A DNA stretch of 64,000 nt from Trichoplax adhaerens (taxonomy: Eukaryota; Animalia; Placozoa), in contig NW_002060948.1 of assembly GCF_000150275.1 (NCBI RefSeq), forward strand, positions 2,224,180-2,288,179, in the 5' to 3' direction. The notes beneath the pieces are model-generated. The model saw only the letters and a program-made list of their open reading frames with translations. It was not told where the DNA came from and did no database searches. A program made the translations under genes and the position numbers. Below, in pieces: positions 41,540-53,097 of the stretch (the first letter of the stretch is position 1; every line of letters begins with the position of its first letter).

Positions 41540-41790
41540 TCTGGCGAACATAGACTTCATAGTACTAGAAATGTGCCGACATTTAGTAGTCCATGAATAT
41601 GGACATAGAAAGAACTTTTCTTCCTCTACTGGACAGTACAGGATGCGCATTAGCCCCTACCTGGGGCTAATGCTGATGACAGGCGAACGCATCTGCTAAA
41701 TGCAAGAGCTGGTTACTGCTAACAGGAGCTAGTCGAGCTCAAGGTGGATATGGACAGATGGACAACCCGAAATTTCCTGCCAGATCATTC
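41540..41790. ncRNA. Candidate structured non-coding RNA of unknown family
   Basis: GC-enriched island with a perfect 11-bp hairpin (41647-41673), an outer helix GATGCG/CGCATC, three further hairpins and a long-range closing helix TCTGGC (41540)/GCCAGA (41779). Adjacent to a promoter-type pentamer array. Confidence 0.4.
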
Positions 41791-41799
41791 GTTGTTTCG

Positions 41800-42100
41800 T
41801 ACAGTACCTGTACAGTACTGTACTGTACTGTACCGTACATCGATAGTGGTAGAAGAAAATCTTTTCTTTTTACAGTAACAGCACAGTACAGTACTGTACT
41901 GTAATGATTCGTACTTCGTACTGTAAAGTGCACAGTAAAGTGTACAGTACTGTACTGTACTGTACGCTACACAATCTCTACTCACAGTCCATTTCATTAC
42001 TACTGTACTGTACACTGTACCGGAACGGCCCGCATGGGCCGCTTCTGTACCGTACGTGGACGGTATACTGTTACTTTACAACACAGTACTAAACGTACTG
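41800..42100. repeat. TACAG/CTGTA pentamer array upstream of MRPL2
   Basis: Several runs, e.g. tgtacagtactgtactgtactgtaccgtac and cagtacagtactgtactgta. Confidence 0.9.
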
Positions 42101-42723
42101 TGTTAGGGACTTGTGTGCTCCCTCTTTGAAACGTTGAAGTAGAATAGGCTGATTTTGCTGTAGTCAAGGCTGTAGCAAAAGGAGACGACGAAGCCTTTAG
42201 CGCTTTCTGTAGGGATTTGAGAGTTTTTGATTACATTGGCATTGGTAACCTGAGGAAAGGGGAAATCAAGTTTATTTTATGCATTCTTGACCTTAGATGC
42301 CCATTCTTGCCTAAACTTTATTTAAATGTCTAGTGACTGAATGCATGTGGCTGTGAAGTTGTATGATACATATGCATAAAACATGGCTATGAGATTATTA
42401 GGTCAAATTGTAAGTTTTTCGAGATAATCTCCTTGATTATAGTAAATAATTATAATTATCACTCGCAGTTCCATCTTGATTTACTGGTTAATTGATTATT
42501 ACACAAGATGCAGTATTATAGCTAGTCGTAATAACTTATCGTTTCATTCGTAGCACAGACTAGAGTGCATGCAGTAAGCATCCAGATTTATTAAAACTGT
42601 GCAACATAAATTTGTAGAAATGATTTACAACATGAAGTATTATATGACGCCTTAGATGCAGTGATGAGCTGGTTAAAGTTAATCACATGTCAATACTTAT
42701 TGCTAATACTTTGTAGCTCTACA

Positions 42724-43598
42724 ATGTATATGCTTGGGTGAGCACTGATTTCAGTTATTCTGCTATTTAGGTTAATCAGATAGTAATTGCTAGTAAATTT
42801 CAAATTGGTACGGTCTTGCCAAGCAAGGTCAATTCTGGGCTACTGCATTCTTCTGCCTTCTTACAAGGTCGTGCACTACTAAATAAGAAGAATATCTTTA
42901 AGAAGCTAAAACATGGTAAGGTCAGGATTAGTGGCCGTGATAGCACTGGTAGAAAGAGTGTTGGCTACCGTGGTGGTGGCCATAAACGCTTATACCGTTT
43001 GATAGATTTCGTACGGGCTCCACTCCTTGAAAATGCCAGCAAATCCACTCGTGTCACCGAAGATGTAATAAAAAGTAAAGTCTTAGCTATTGAGTATGAC
43101 CCTAATAGATCTGCTCGAATTGCATTAATTGCAGACACGAAGAGAAAGTACATACTTGCTCCAATTGGTTTGCAGGCTGGAGATGTTATTACTGCATCTC
43201 GAGGTCGTCCGGCCAGCTTAGCTGATATTCAACGTGGCGATTGTTACCCATTGCAACATTTACCTATTGGTACAATTGTGCATAATATTGAATTAACCCC
43301 TGGTAAAGGTGGTCAATTGGTTCGTTCTGCAGGGACTTCTGCACAAATTATAAGAAAGGAATCCGGTGAAGTAAGACGCTTGAATGCCCATGGAACTTAT
43401 GTTACTAGATCTGGAAAGGTTGTTGTTTTGCGTATGCCTTCAGGAACGAATGTACCTATCAATGCTTTTTGCATGGGTACCGTTGGTAGACTTTCGAATG
43501 AGAATCATAAACATCGAATTCTTGGCAAAGCTGGTAGAGCCAGATGGTTAGGCCGGAGACCGAGGATGAAGAAAAAGTTCGTTGTCAAAGTTCGCTAG
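42724..43598 (+). CDS. MRPL2: Mitochondrial ribosomal protein L2 (uL2m)
   Basis: ORF has SGRDSTGR..RGGGHKRLYRLIDFVR, IEYDPNRSARIALI, PIGTIVHNIELTPGKGGQLVRSAGTSAQI and GKAGRARWLGRRP. Probable start is mini-exon ATG 42724-42737 spliced to 42794 (MYMLGKFQ.., presequence-like). The start model is tentative. Confidence 0.93.
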
Positions 43599-46500
43599 TT
43601 CTGAAAGAAGGTTACGCGGAGGTGTTATGTTACCCACTTTATTAGTACTTGGCATTATTAATTGCTCTTATCCCTTTGCTCTTTGCAAAACGACGTCTGA
43701 TTGCATAGTATGTTGTGAAAATTTTACGATAATTCTGAACTGTAAACATTTTATGCGAAAGCTTTTCAAGGTCGTTATAGTTGAAATTTATTCAGTGGGA
43801 GATTACCGTAACTAACTGAATTTTCTTATAAGACACAATATTGCAGTCCACAGTTCAATTAATGGACGGAACTGTATAACAACAATTGTTTCTGATGGAT
43901 GTAAATACGAAAGAAACCACAGTGTGTATAAGAATAATATATGCGCAGTTCGCGTGCAAATGCACGCTTGCAATAAATCAATGTACACAACATTTTATTG
44001 AACGTTACATCACTGAATGTCCATGTAATTTTATATAAGTGTTACTAATAACGAAAGGAGAAAATGCATGTTGTACCGTCAAAGTGGCTGTCTTTACAAT
44101 GTTTGTATGATCGTATACCCTGCAGATAATTTCTTTAAAAAATTTGCTTTGCGATATAGTGTCTGGTCTTTTTTTCAAGTTTCAGTAATAGGACTGACTG
44201 GGCAGGTTTAGCACAGTTTGATTTGGAACTTTGAAATTTTACATAATATTAATTTTTAATTGGGTGACTGCAATTATCATATCATAGACGATACACAGCT
44301 GAGTGTTGTAGTTGGTCGTGAAACAAAGTGAAGAGAAAGTATGATCACGTTTGCTGTGAATTCAAGAGTATTTTAGACATTTATAGTTATTACGGTGTTT
44401 TGTTAGAACTACTTTGCAATAGAATATCTAAATACTTGATACTACTCGCATTCTACAGCATGCAGAGTTCTAAGACAATCGTACACATAATACTAATTGA
44501 TAGAAACTAAGAACTATTTCCTGCCAGATTGAAAGAATTTACGTAAGGATAGATCGAGTTCTTACTTTTATGCTGTAGTTATGAATGAATTGCTGTAAAA
44601 GCATATCTTTTGCCACAAAATGCTTGCACAGTATATCAAAGTATTGGAGGTAAATTGAAAATCGTAAAATGGTGAAATAGCCGACGTTATTTATGATTCT
44701 CTTGGGCTTGGTTCCTTAAAGCAGAATTAGTTAGCAGAAATATACAGCGACATAGTTACTCTGCCTGAGCTAAGAAATGAAGTCGTACATCAGCTTTGGG
44801 TCCATTGCATTGATTCGCAATTATTTATTGTAAAATAGCGCTGTAGATTATTCTATCTCGTAATAAAATTTTAAATTACTGCATATATACAATTTTTGAT
44901 AATCATAATTTACTGTGTATATAAAATGCCTTACATAAACTCCAGTTCAATGGACAGTATAGCTTGGCTAGTCAGGTACTAATAGTACGTTACAATATTA
45001 GAAACGTTTTCTAGTAGTCTTCGCTATTGCGTAACTGTTATTGAGAACATCAACATTATAAGTCAGATTATATTGTACTGCACACTTGATGGGGAATACA
45101 TAAATATTTCTATGATTGATTATAGCAACCATAATAACGCTCGTTGGTTATCTGAATAGGAATATCATACGGTGGTGGGATGTCTTGACTAATCGATGTT
45201 GGGATCCTTCGAGAAAATTCATCTAGTAGAAACATAGTAGAACATATATATCATTATTCTGTTGGTTCGACTGCATTCATGAAAGAATGGTAACAGTTAA
45301 TTCTACCCGGTTTATGACTTGCGTTATTCCATTGATCATTGCTATGGACTAGTTCAAATCAAAATATTCTCTCTACAGTACTGTGCGTACACTTACAGCA
45401 TATAACTATACATAATCAATTCAATTTTATTACACCAGTGATATAAAGACTTGATAAAAGTAATGAAAATCTACGGTATTGTACCTTTCTAGCAATTAGA
45501 TCAATTTTTAGTTTGCAGAAATGTAAGTACTATTTGTAGTATAGATTCTGTAAATTCTGAAATGCTTCTCACCTTTGATTGTGTAAATTGAGTCCAGCGA
45601 AGGGGTATTGTACAAATTTAAACCAACATAGCTAGCTATAAATAAGACGAATGATACACATACATAGATTGGTCCAGTGATTGCCCAATGCCTGATGTAA
45701 AAATAAGATGACTTTTAATACGTACCCATTCGTAGTACTGTATTATAGCTCATCGTTTACTCTCTACTGTTCATATCTTTCGATTTTTATATATTGGACT
45801 ACTTCCTTACAGTCTTTAATGAATTATAAGTACGATACAAAACGACTTTTGCAGATAGCTATTGGATTTTGTAGTCAATATTCTAGGAATAAAGGTGATG
45901 TAACGTACAATATAGTACGTAAATGAAGTAAATCAATTATAACTACTTTACAAATTCTAGGATGAAAGTAGTTACGTAAACTGTTCGTCCATGCTACTAG
46001 ACTGTACTATACCAGTACTGTATATTGTATCGGCTTGCTATGCTCACTGCCGTGCTTACTTCTGTGGCCGGTAAGTCAATCCAACTTCTGTTAGCCATTC
46101 ATCTGGAATGACGGCCCACAAAGTGTAGGTACCTTCAGTCAAGTCACAATATTTATGATTGATTACTAGTTGTAATAATTGCATAGTAGAGCACCATATC
46201 ATTGTAAAATCCCATTGGAGAATTACTAGACTTGAGTGATGCTTTTAACTTTATTAAAATGTTATTACAATATGCAGTGTACAATAGAGCTCACCCAACA
46301 AGACATAAGTTGTAACATATAAGACGAAACCATAAATGGCCCGCGATGGAGTTGGCGATGGATGATGCTCGGGTGCTATTTTGATGTCCATTTTAAATTA
46401 TTAATTGATAATAATTATTCAATCGACATGCTAATCACTCTACTGTACTGGAAAACATTTATCTTGTTACTAACTTGCATACATCTACAGACAAGAGCTA

Positions 46501-46670
46501 GAAATCAACATGAATCGGTCCATTATCATTGTCTGATTATCGTTAAAAATTAATACCGCTAATCAATTAATCAATACGGTACTGTAAATAAAAGAAGCTA
46601 AAATATTCTGAGTTTCATTTAAGAGCTAGTTGACGATAATGATGATAATTAATTAATTTACAGGCACACT

Positions 46671-46979
46671 GTCTGGTGGCCACTTATTGATTGAATTTTT
46701 GAAGGACTTTGACTCCGTATCCTGACCAGTATTTAATGCACTACAGTACTAGGCTGATCAGAATCAGACAGTATGTTGTTGTAGCGACATTATACCGTAC
46801 TGTACTGTACTCGCTAAATCCACTTTTGACTATACGGTACAGTACGCACAGGGTATGGTGAGCTTACAGTCAGTACACCACTGACCTTCAACAATGTCTG
46901 CCTGCCCCTACGTTCAAGGTTACAAGTTTTGTAGCGTAGAACAGAAATACTGTCGTGCCTTTTTTGGTCTGTCAGTCTG
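46671..46979. promoter_or_regulatory. Cluster of putative Smad-binding elements (GTCTG/CAGAC) upstream of Ski/SnoN
   Basis: GTCTG or CAGAC at 46671, 46765, 46896, 46967 and 46975, with another near 47358. GC-rich GCCGCC and GGCGC motifs at ~47107 and ~47336. Confidence 0.3.
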
Positions 46980-48411
46980 GATAAAACGTCAATGTCAAAC
47001 AGCAGTCACATATTGACAAGTTACAAACACCAAATATTCAAAAGAGACCCATTTGATAAACGGGACTGTACCGCCAAGAGACCACTTAAAAAGGAAAAGA
47101 CGCAGTGCCGCCGCTGCCATAGTACATGTACTGAAGCGCGATGATCTACACCGTATGGACAAGTAGAAAATAGCTGCAACTCTATTGACTGTACCGTATC
47201 GTGGAGTGTACAGTACATTGTACTGTACGTACAATAAAGCACTGTAATCGATGCAGCCAGAGTAGCGGATGTTCAACATCGTTGACTGATGGCTGAAATA
47301 GTTAAGGGCGGACCCTTATACGGTAAACAGTGTCCGGCGCGACGAAAAAACCACTTCGTCTGCTTTTAAGTCATTTTTTATAACACTAGACTTAAAATAT
47401 CGACGTCAAGTTAATATCATTAATATAATTGTAATTAAATTTAAATCCAGTCGTCCACAAGGGACTACACATCAATTTTATCTAGTTGAAGTGAATCCCA
47501 CCCACAACACTACATTCCAATCATGTATTGTTATGCAATTTAAGACGTTGCAGTAAAAATAACAGAAAAATATGTACGTCAATACTTACACTGATAACTA
47601 TTTACGCTTGACTGCTTAATACTACAGTCTATACGATACAGCGCTATCTCCGTATCAAACTCGTTCCGTACAGATTGCAGAAACAACTTTTTTTTTAATT
47701 GACAATGGGATACGTGCTTTGATAGGATAAATCCTTATTACGCAAGCGTGAAAGCAAGTGTGTTGATTTAAGTAGATTATCGGGCCGTGGAGTCAGCAGT
47801 CAATTTTTTCCAATGTTACTGTTCAACGCTAGGGGTAAGTCTATAAATGTCGATTAGTCTATTATTTTGTTGCAATCTTCCCTTTCTCATCGTTTTTACT
47901 GTTCTTTACTCCGGCTGTATGCTTTTCCAATAAATAATCCCATTTTCTTTCCTTGTTGTTAGCTTTTGTTAGTCCATGTTCAATAGTTAATTAGGAGTTA
48001 GAAGATTCGTCAAAAGATATCTCGTACGGTTTTGTCGTTTTCTGTCTTATCTAACACCAACTTGTTATTTATTTCTCCCTGGTTGTATCGGTTTACTCGT
48101 TTTTTTTTCTCTGTGCTAGTCTGTTTGACGGTGAGCTAGACGCTGTTGTTGGAAATGATTTATTTTTTAAGATAAACTCTAGGATAGACGAATACGTCTT
48201 AATAAGCTACTGTATTGTATTGTATGGTAGACGATGTTATATAAGATTAGTATGCGCAAGGAAAGAAAATTGAACGAGTAGAATGGTTGAATACTTTTTC
48301 TTCTTTTTCTAGAAACGCCTTTTTGCCCCCGTTTAGTACTGTACGTACGGTCGTAGATTGGAAGAAAGAATAAAACTTTGAGCGCGTTAACTTGATATAG
48401 TGTTGTAAAAA

Positions 48412-50123
48412 ATGTTTCACTGCTATGGTAATAGCAAAATTCCCGATGGATATGGTAATTGTCCAGTACCAGGATTTGCCTATCCTGCAAATCGACCTGT
48501 AGTCAGATTGTTATTAGACAATTATCGGCAGGTTTCACATCGAACCATGCTGGTGCCACAGCCTCCGCGTATCGGGCATTATCCTTACAAATTCGCACCT
48601 AATCCTTACATTTCGTCCGACGACAGCACGTTGATGCCGAGTAATATTCCTTGTCCACCAGCGGCCACTGTACGAACTAATGTTATAAGGGTTCCTGGAA
48701 CACGCGTCGCCGAGAATTCACTACAGAATAGCGTAGCATTATCAACTGAAATTGAAGATGAAAACGTCGCTGCTTTTAATGTTGGTGGCGAGAAGCGTTT
48801 ATGTTGGAATAGCTTAATGGAAACAGTGTTGAAGAATTTCTCCGCTCATGAAATCAATAAGAAAAAGTCTGATTTAAGAATTTATACTGGATTTTGTAGT
48901 AGTAAACAACTTGAAACGTTACAACTGATCGGAGTGTTGCCTCTAAGTCAAACACATTGTTCTCTAATCAGTAAAAGTGATGCTGCTCGTTTATGTAGCG
49001 TTCTTTTGCGTCCTCCTGACAAAAATTGTAATTCCGATCAAACCAGTCGTTCTCGTGGTATTGACGTCAGCCATGATTGTTTCGGTGGTTGTTCGGGCAC
49101 TTTTATAACTGAAAGATATACTCATGTTAATGCAAAATGTATCCAATGCAGTCAATGCGGTTGTATTTTCTCTCCACAGCAATTTGTCAGTCATAATCAC
49201 AAAGGCTATGAAAACAGACTATGTCATTGGGGATTCGATAGCTCGGAGTGGCGCACTTATTTACAGTTGGCTGATGAAGATCCTACCGAGGAATTACAAA
49301 AGGAATGGGATAGCATCCTATCTATAAAATTCAATAATAGTACCGTCAATTATAAACGTATTGCGTCTGATGCTAGTGAAGGACCCCAGACCAAGAAATC
49401 ACACGTCGAAGAGACGGCCGAAAATGATACACACAAAGATGTGAGCGACGTCGACGACAATGTTTATTGTAAAGATTTGTCTGAAAAGGAAGTAGATAGT
49501 CCTTCCTCGTCTATTGCCCGTCCACAATTTACGGGTAAAGTTGTCACTGAAGTCGTCGATAAATCAGAAGTACCGGCAGTTGATACGATTATGTCTAGGG
49601 ATTCATCTGAGAAGAATTTACCATTGGTAGCCAGTGCCGGATTAGTAGACAACGATAATGCCAACCTGATCGGATTGGCTAATGTTTGCTCTGAAGTAGT
49701 GAAGAACAAGGGAAACGATAACAACGAGGATATAAAGCACGATGACGATTTGTCAGATACTGATTCTACGGTTCTGTCGAAAGCCTTGAGACGAGCCCAA
49801 AGAAAAATCGCAAAATTACAAATGTCATTAGAAAAAGCAAACGTTTCGTTAGAGAAAGCGAATATGGAAAAATTTAAGTTACAAGAAGAGGTTACACTCA
49901 TAAATGATGGAAGAAAAGTAAGTCAATATGACCCTTAGATTACGTTGATTGTGGTTTTTATCTTTATAACATTTTTTATTTAAGTTGTAGTCCCTTTTGA
50001 AGTCATTGATCTTTTTTTGTCTTGTTTGCGACTACGTTGCAATTTTGTGCGTAGTTAAGGTTCATTTAATAATATCAATTTTTTCTGATTAAAATTTAGG
50101 CCTACCGACACAAGCGACGTTAG
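48412..50123 (+). CDS. SKI: Ski/SnoN family Smad co-repressor
   Basis: DHD domain (AAFNVGGEKRLC..QLETLQLIGVLP..LISKSDAARLC), SAND-like Smad4-binding domain (HDCFGGCSG..CIQCSQC..FSPQQFVSHNH..CHWGFDSSEWR) and C-terminal coiled coil. Donor after 49917, short last exon 50100-50123 (AYRHKRR*). Confidence 0.93.
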
Positions 50124-51113
50124 TTCGTGGTTTATTAAAAATACGTACGATAGCCAATATCGTACAAAATGAAACTTTAAACAGTAACTAAAATATTGTT
50201 AGTTTCTAGTAAAACGTAGCATTCGATATATTTTGTACATAACAAAATTATGATTTATGGTGAAAGAGGACTAATTTTTGATCACTATCCGTTTCTTTTT
50301 GTTACAATGGCGACTTAATTTCTAATTTTTTTTGAATGATCGCTAGAGAAATTGGTTTTATAAGACGGGTCAAGAATAGACACTGTAGGGTTTACTGTAC
50401 CGCTTTAGTGCAGCGATACATTTAACGATAACATTTTACTGTACTTCGTAGTACGTATACGATGGATCGTAGCATCGTAGTAAACTGTATAACGTTGATG
50501 CAGTACTTTTATTTGTTGTAATGGACTATGATTCACCTTTATATCCATATAGTATACTAGTAGTGCACGTATTTCATAGAAGTAGACTTAGTAAAATCAT
50601 TTTGTAGCTGTTGCTGGATACTTCTGTATTTGTATTTTATATGCGACACTGCTTTGATTGATTTTAATGTTTTTCGTAATCAGATTTTTCTTTCTTTGAT
50701 TAGAAAGATAGTTACGAGTTTTTTTGTACAGTAAATAGATAGATGAAATATATATAGAAGCATAGTGTTGAAATCATCATAAATGACGAATGAGCTTTTT
50801 TGAGAAATTAATTTTATAAGCTGGATGCTTCAAAAAGTCAGTACTGTAACAGTATTAAATTACGGTAGATTCGTAACAATTTGACACATTTTGTTAGTCT
50901 TGTTCAAGTATTTTACAACCGTGATTAAGATGTACTCCTGTCCAAACTTTCAAATTGATAACTTTTTTTATTCGTTAATACTAGATATTGTAGCAACGTT
51001 TGTAAACGGTAGAAAGTTCCTCAATGCAGGAAGTTCTATATCCGTTGTTGAGCTAGTCGTGTAGTTTAATTAACCGGTTTCCCAGTGACCGGTACGCTAT
51101 TCTGTGGCGTAAA

Positions 51114-51136
51114 AATATATATATATATATATATAT
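51114..51136. repeat. (AT)n microsatellite
   Basis: About 11 consecutive AT units. Confidence 0.9.
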
Positions 51137-53097
51137 GGTTAAAACAGTGCTGTCTTGCCGAATTTAATGAATTTATTATGCTGACTCTAGTAATAAAGTA
51201 AAATGAATAACTCACACATACAGTGTACATACGTATATTTTTATTTCATATTATTACTATGCGTACCTAAACAGTACAGTACTATATTTGATTTATTAAT
51301 TGCACTATGTAACTATATCTGCCGATTTTTAGATTGTCTATGATTTTTGGTCTTCCTTTTTATTACTTTATGCCAAATAGCGATTGCCGATCATGGTACA
51401 CATATTTGGGTGTCTGTCTAGACTAGAGCAAGTAAATCTTCATGGATTCAAAGTTGGAAGTTTCACGTTTGTAGTGCCGTAGTAGTTTACTAGTTTTTAG
51501 CATTCCTTTGCCATTACGCCCGCATGAGTAATTGTTAATACTGATTTGTTACATTGAGCCAATTAACGGGCAAACAATGGCGGACGATTGGTAGTATTGT
51601 TTGAGGATTAGCAAAACAGTGTAATAAATTGAGTACTCACAGTGTCACGAGTTACTAGTTAAGGCTGAATTGAAACAATGGCTACCGATTGAGCTAGAAA
51701 TGATTTTTAGTCATTTGCACATTCCACTCCGCACGCCATATTATTATAATAGACCATGTAGCTATACATCCCTTTAATTAATTAATCTTGATAATGTAAA
51801 ACAAGAGCGAACTGTTCTCAGGAATGACATAGAGTACGTATTTTCGTCCCCGGGGGTTCATAAAACTACAATGCTTGATCGGTTCTTCTTCTATGGACTA
51901 CTAGCGCGTACCTAGTATTTTGGATTGTACTCTAGTACATAGCCTATGGTTCTGTACATTGTACGGCTTCGATACTTAGTCTACAGAATACGATCAAGTA
52001 CGTTAAGTGACTAAAGCAAAAAAAATGAGAGCCCTCTTTTTTATTCTCTGGCCAAGTGCAGAGCGAAGTTCTAAAACATGTTCATTGTCCATCTAAGAAA
52101 ATAAGAGCAAGTTATATAGATAAACTTTGAAGTGTGCCGCCCACTACAGTTACTACAGTACGGTACTGTACTTCCTAATACTGTACTGTATGTTTCCGCG
52201 CTGGGCGTTAATTTACTTGAATAGGTTTTATCATTAGTGTAACCCCCTGCTCTAATAATTATAGTTACTAATTTGCTAATGCAACATATTACAACGTAGC
52301 CCATCGCATATGTACTGTACTATCTCAGGCTATGCTATTAACTTAAAAAATGTTATCAGTATTCTTAATTAATTATGTAATTATATAATTATTTAAGATA
52401 AGATAACATACTATACAGTACAGAAGAGTACAGTACAGTAGAGTACTGATAATTATTATAATTAAAATAATTAATTAAAGAACAGGCCGCCGCAGTAGCG
52501 CTCGCTTCAATTCAAGGCATGCTCAAGGACTTGCTGCAATACAGCCTAGCACTATTTAATTTGAATAAAATCCTGAGGCGTTCAAGCAGTTGTTACGAGC
52601 GTGTCTATGAGTACGACGGCAACTTGGAATCTACGCTATATCATGGTTCTTAAACTGAGAAAAGAAACAGGCAATTTTCTCACATGGTACCATACCAAAA
52701 AATCATCAGTCGGACATCTGTTGTACGCGTGATTAGAAATTCTACCTATGCTATAGTTAATTATTTATTTATTCAATGACTGAATTTGTCGATAATTATA
52801 ACTACTGTATTTTAACTAGGGCAGTTGGACTGATTGCTGATGAAAGATAGTTTCTGAGCAGCCTTTCCAATGTATTAACATGCCAGAACAGTTATTATAA
52901 TTATTTGAGACAAGGTTGCAATGAGAAATGCACATATCGTGCATAAACTCTACATAAAAAGTTAAAACCCTTTTCTTTAGACTTTGTAGCATATTAAGAT
53001 ATACGGTATTTCAATACATAGATGCGTATGATCATCTCAGCAGAACAGGAAAATTAATCTAAAAAATTTAAATACGACAGACTATATTTTTTATTAA

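Noticed and set aside
41641-41694. Hammerhead or HDV-like ribozyme (stem, CTGATGA, GAA, stem; GGCGAA before a helix)
   Set aside because: No GAAA, no stem II and no NUH triplet between the helices. The HDV P3/P1/P1.1 pairings cannot be built on either strand. Kept only as part of the unassigned structured RNA.
49464-49901. Antisense ORFs over Ski, MRPL2, RPL4, SLC25A11 and SDHB exons
   Set aside because: Shadow ORFs of real coding exons.
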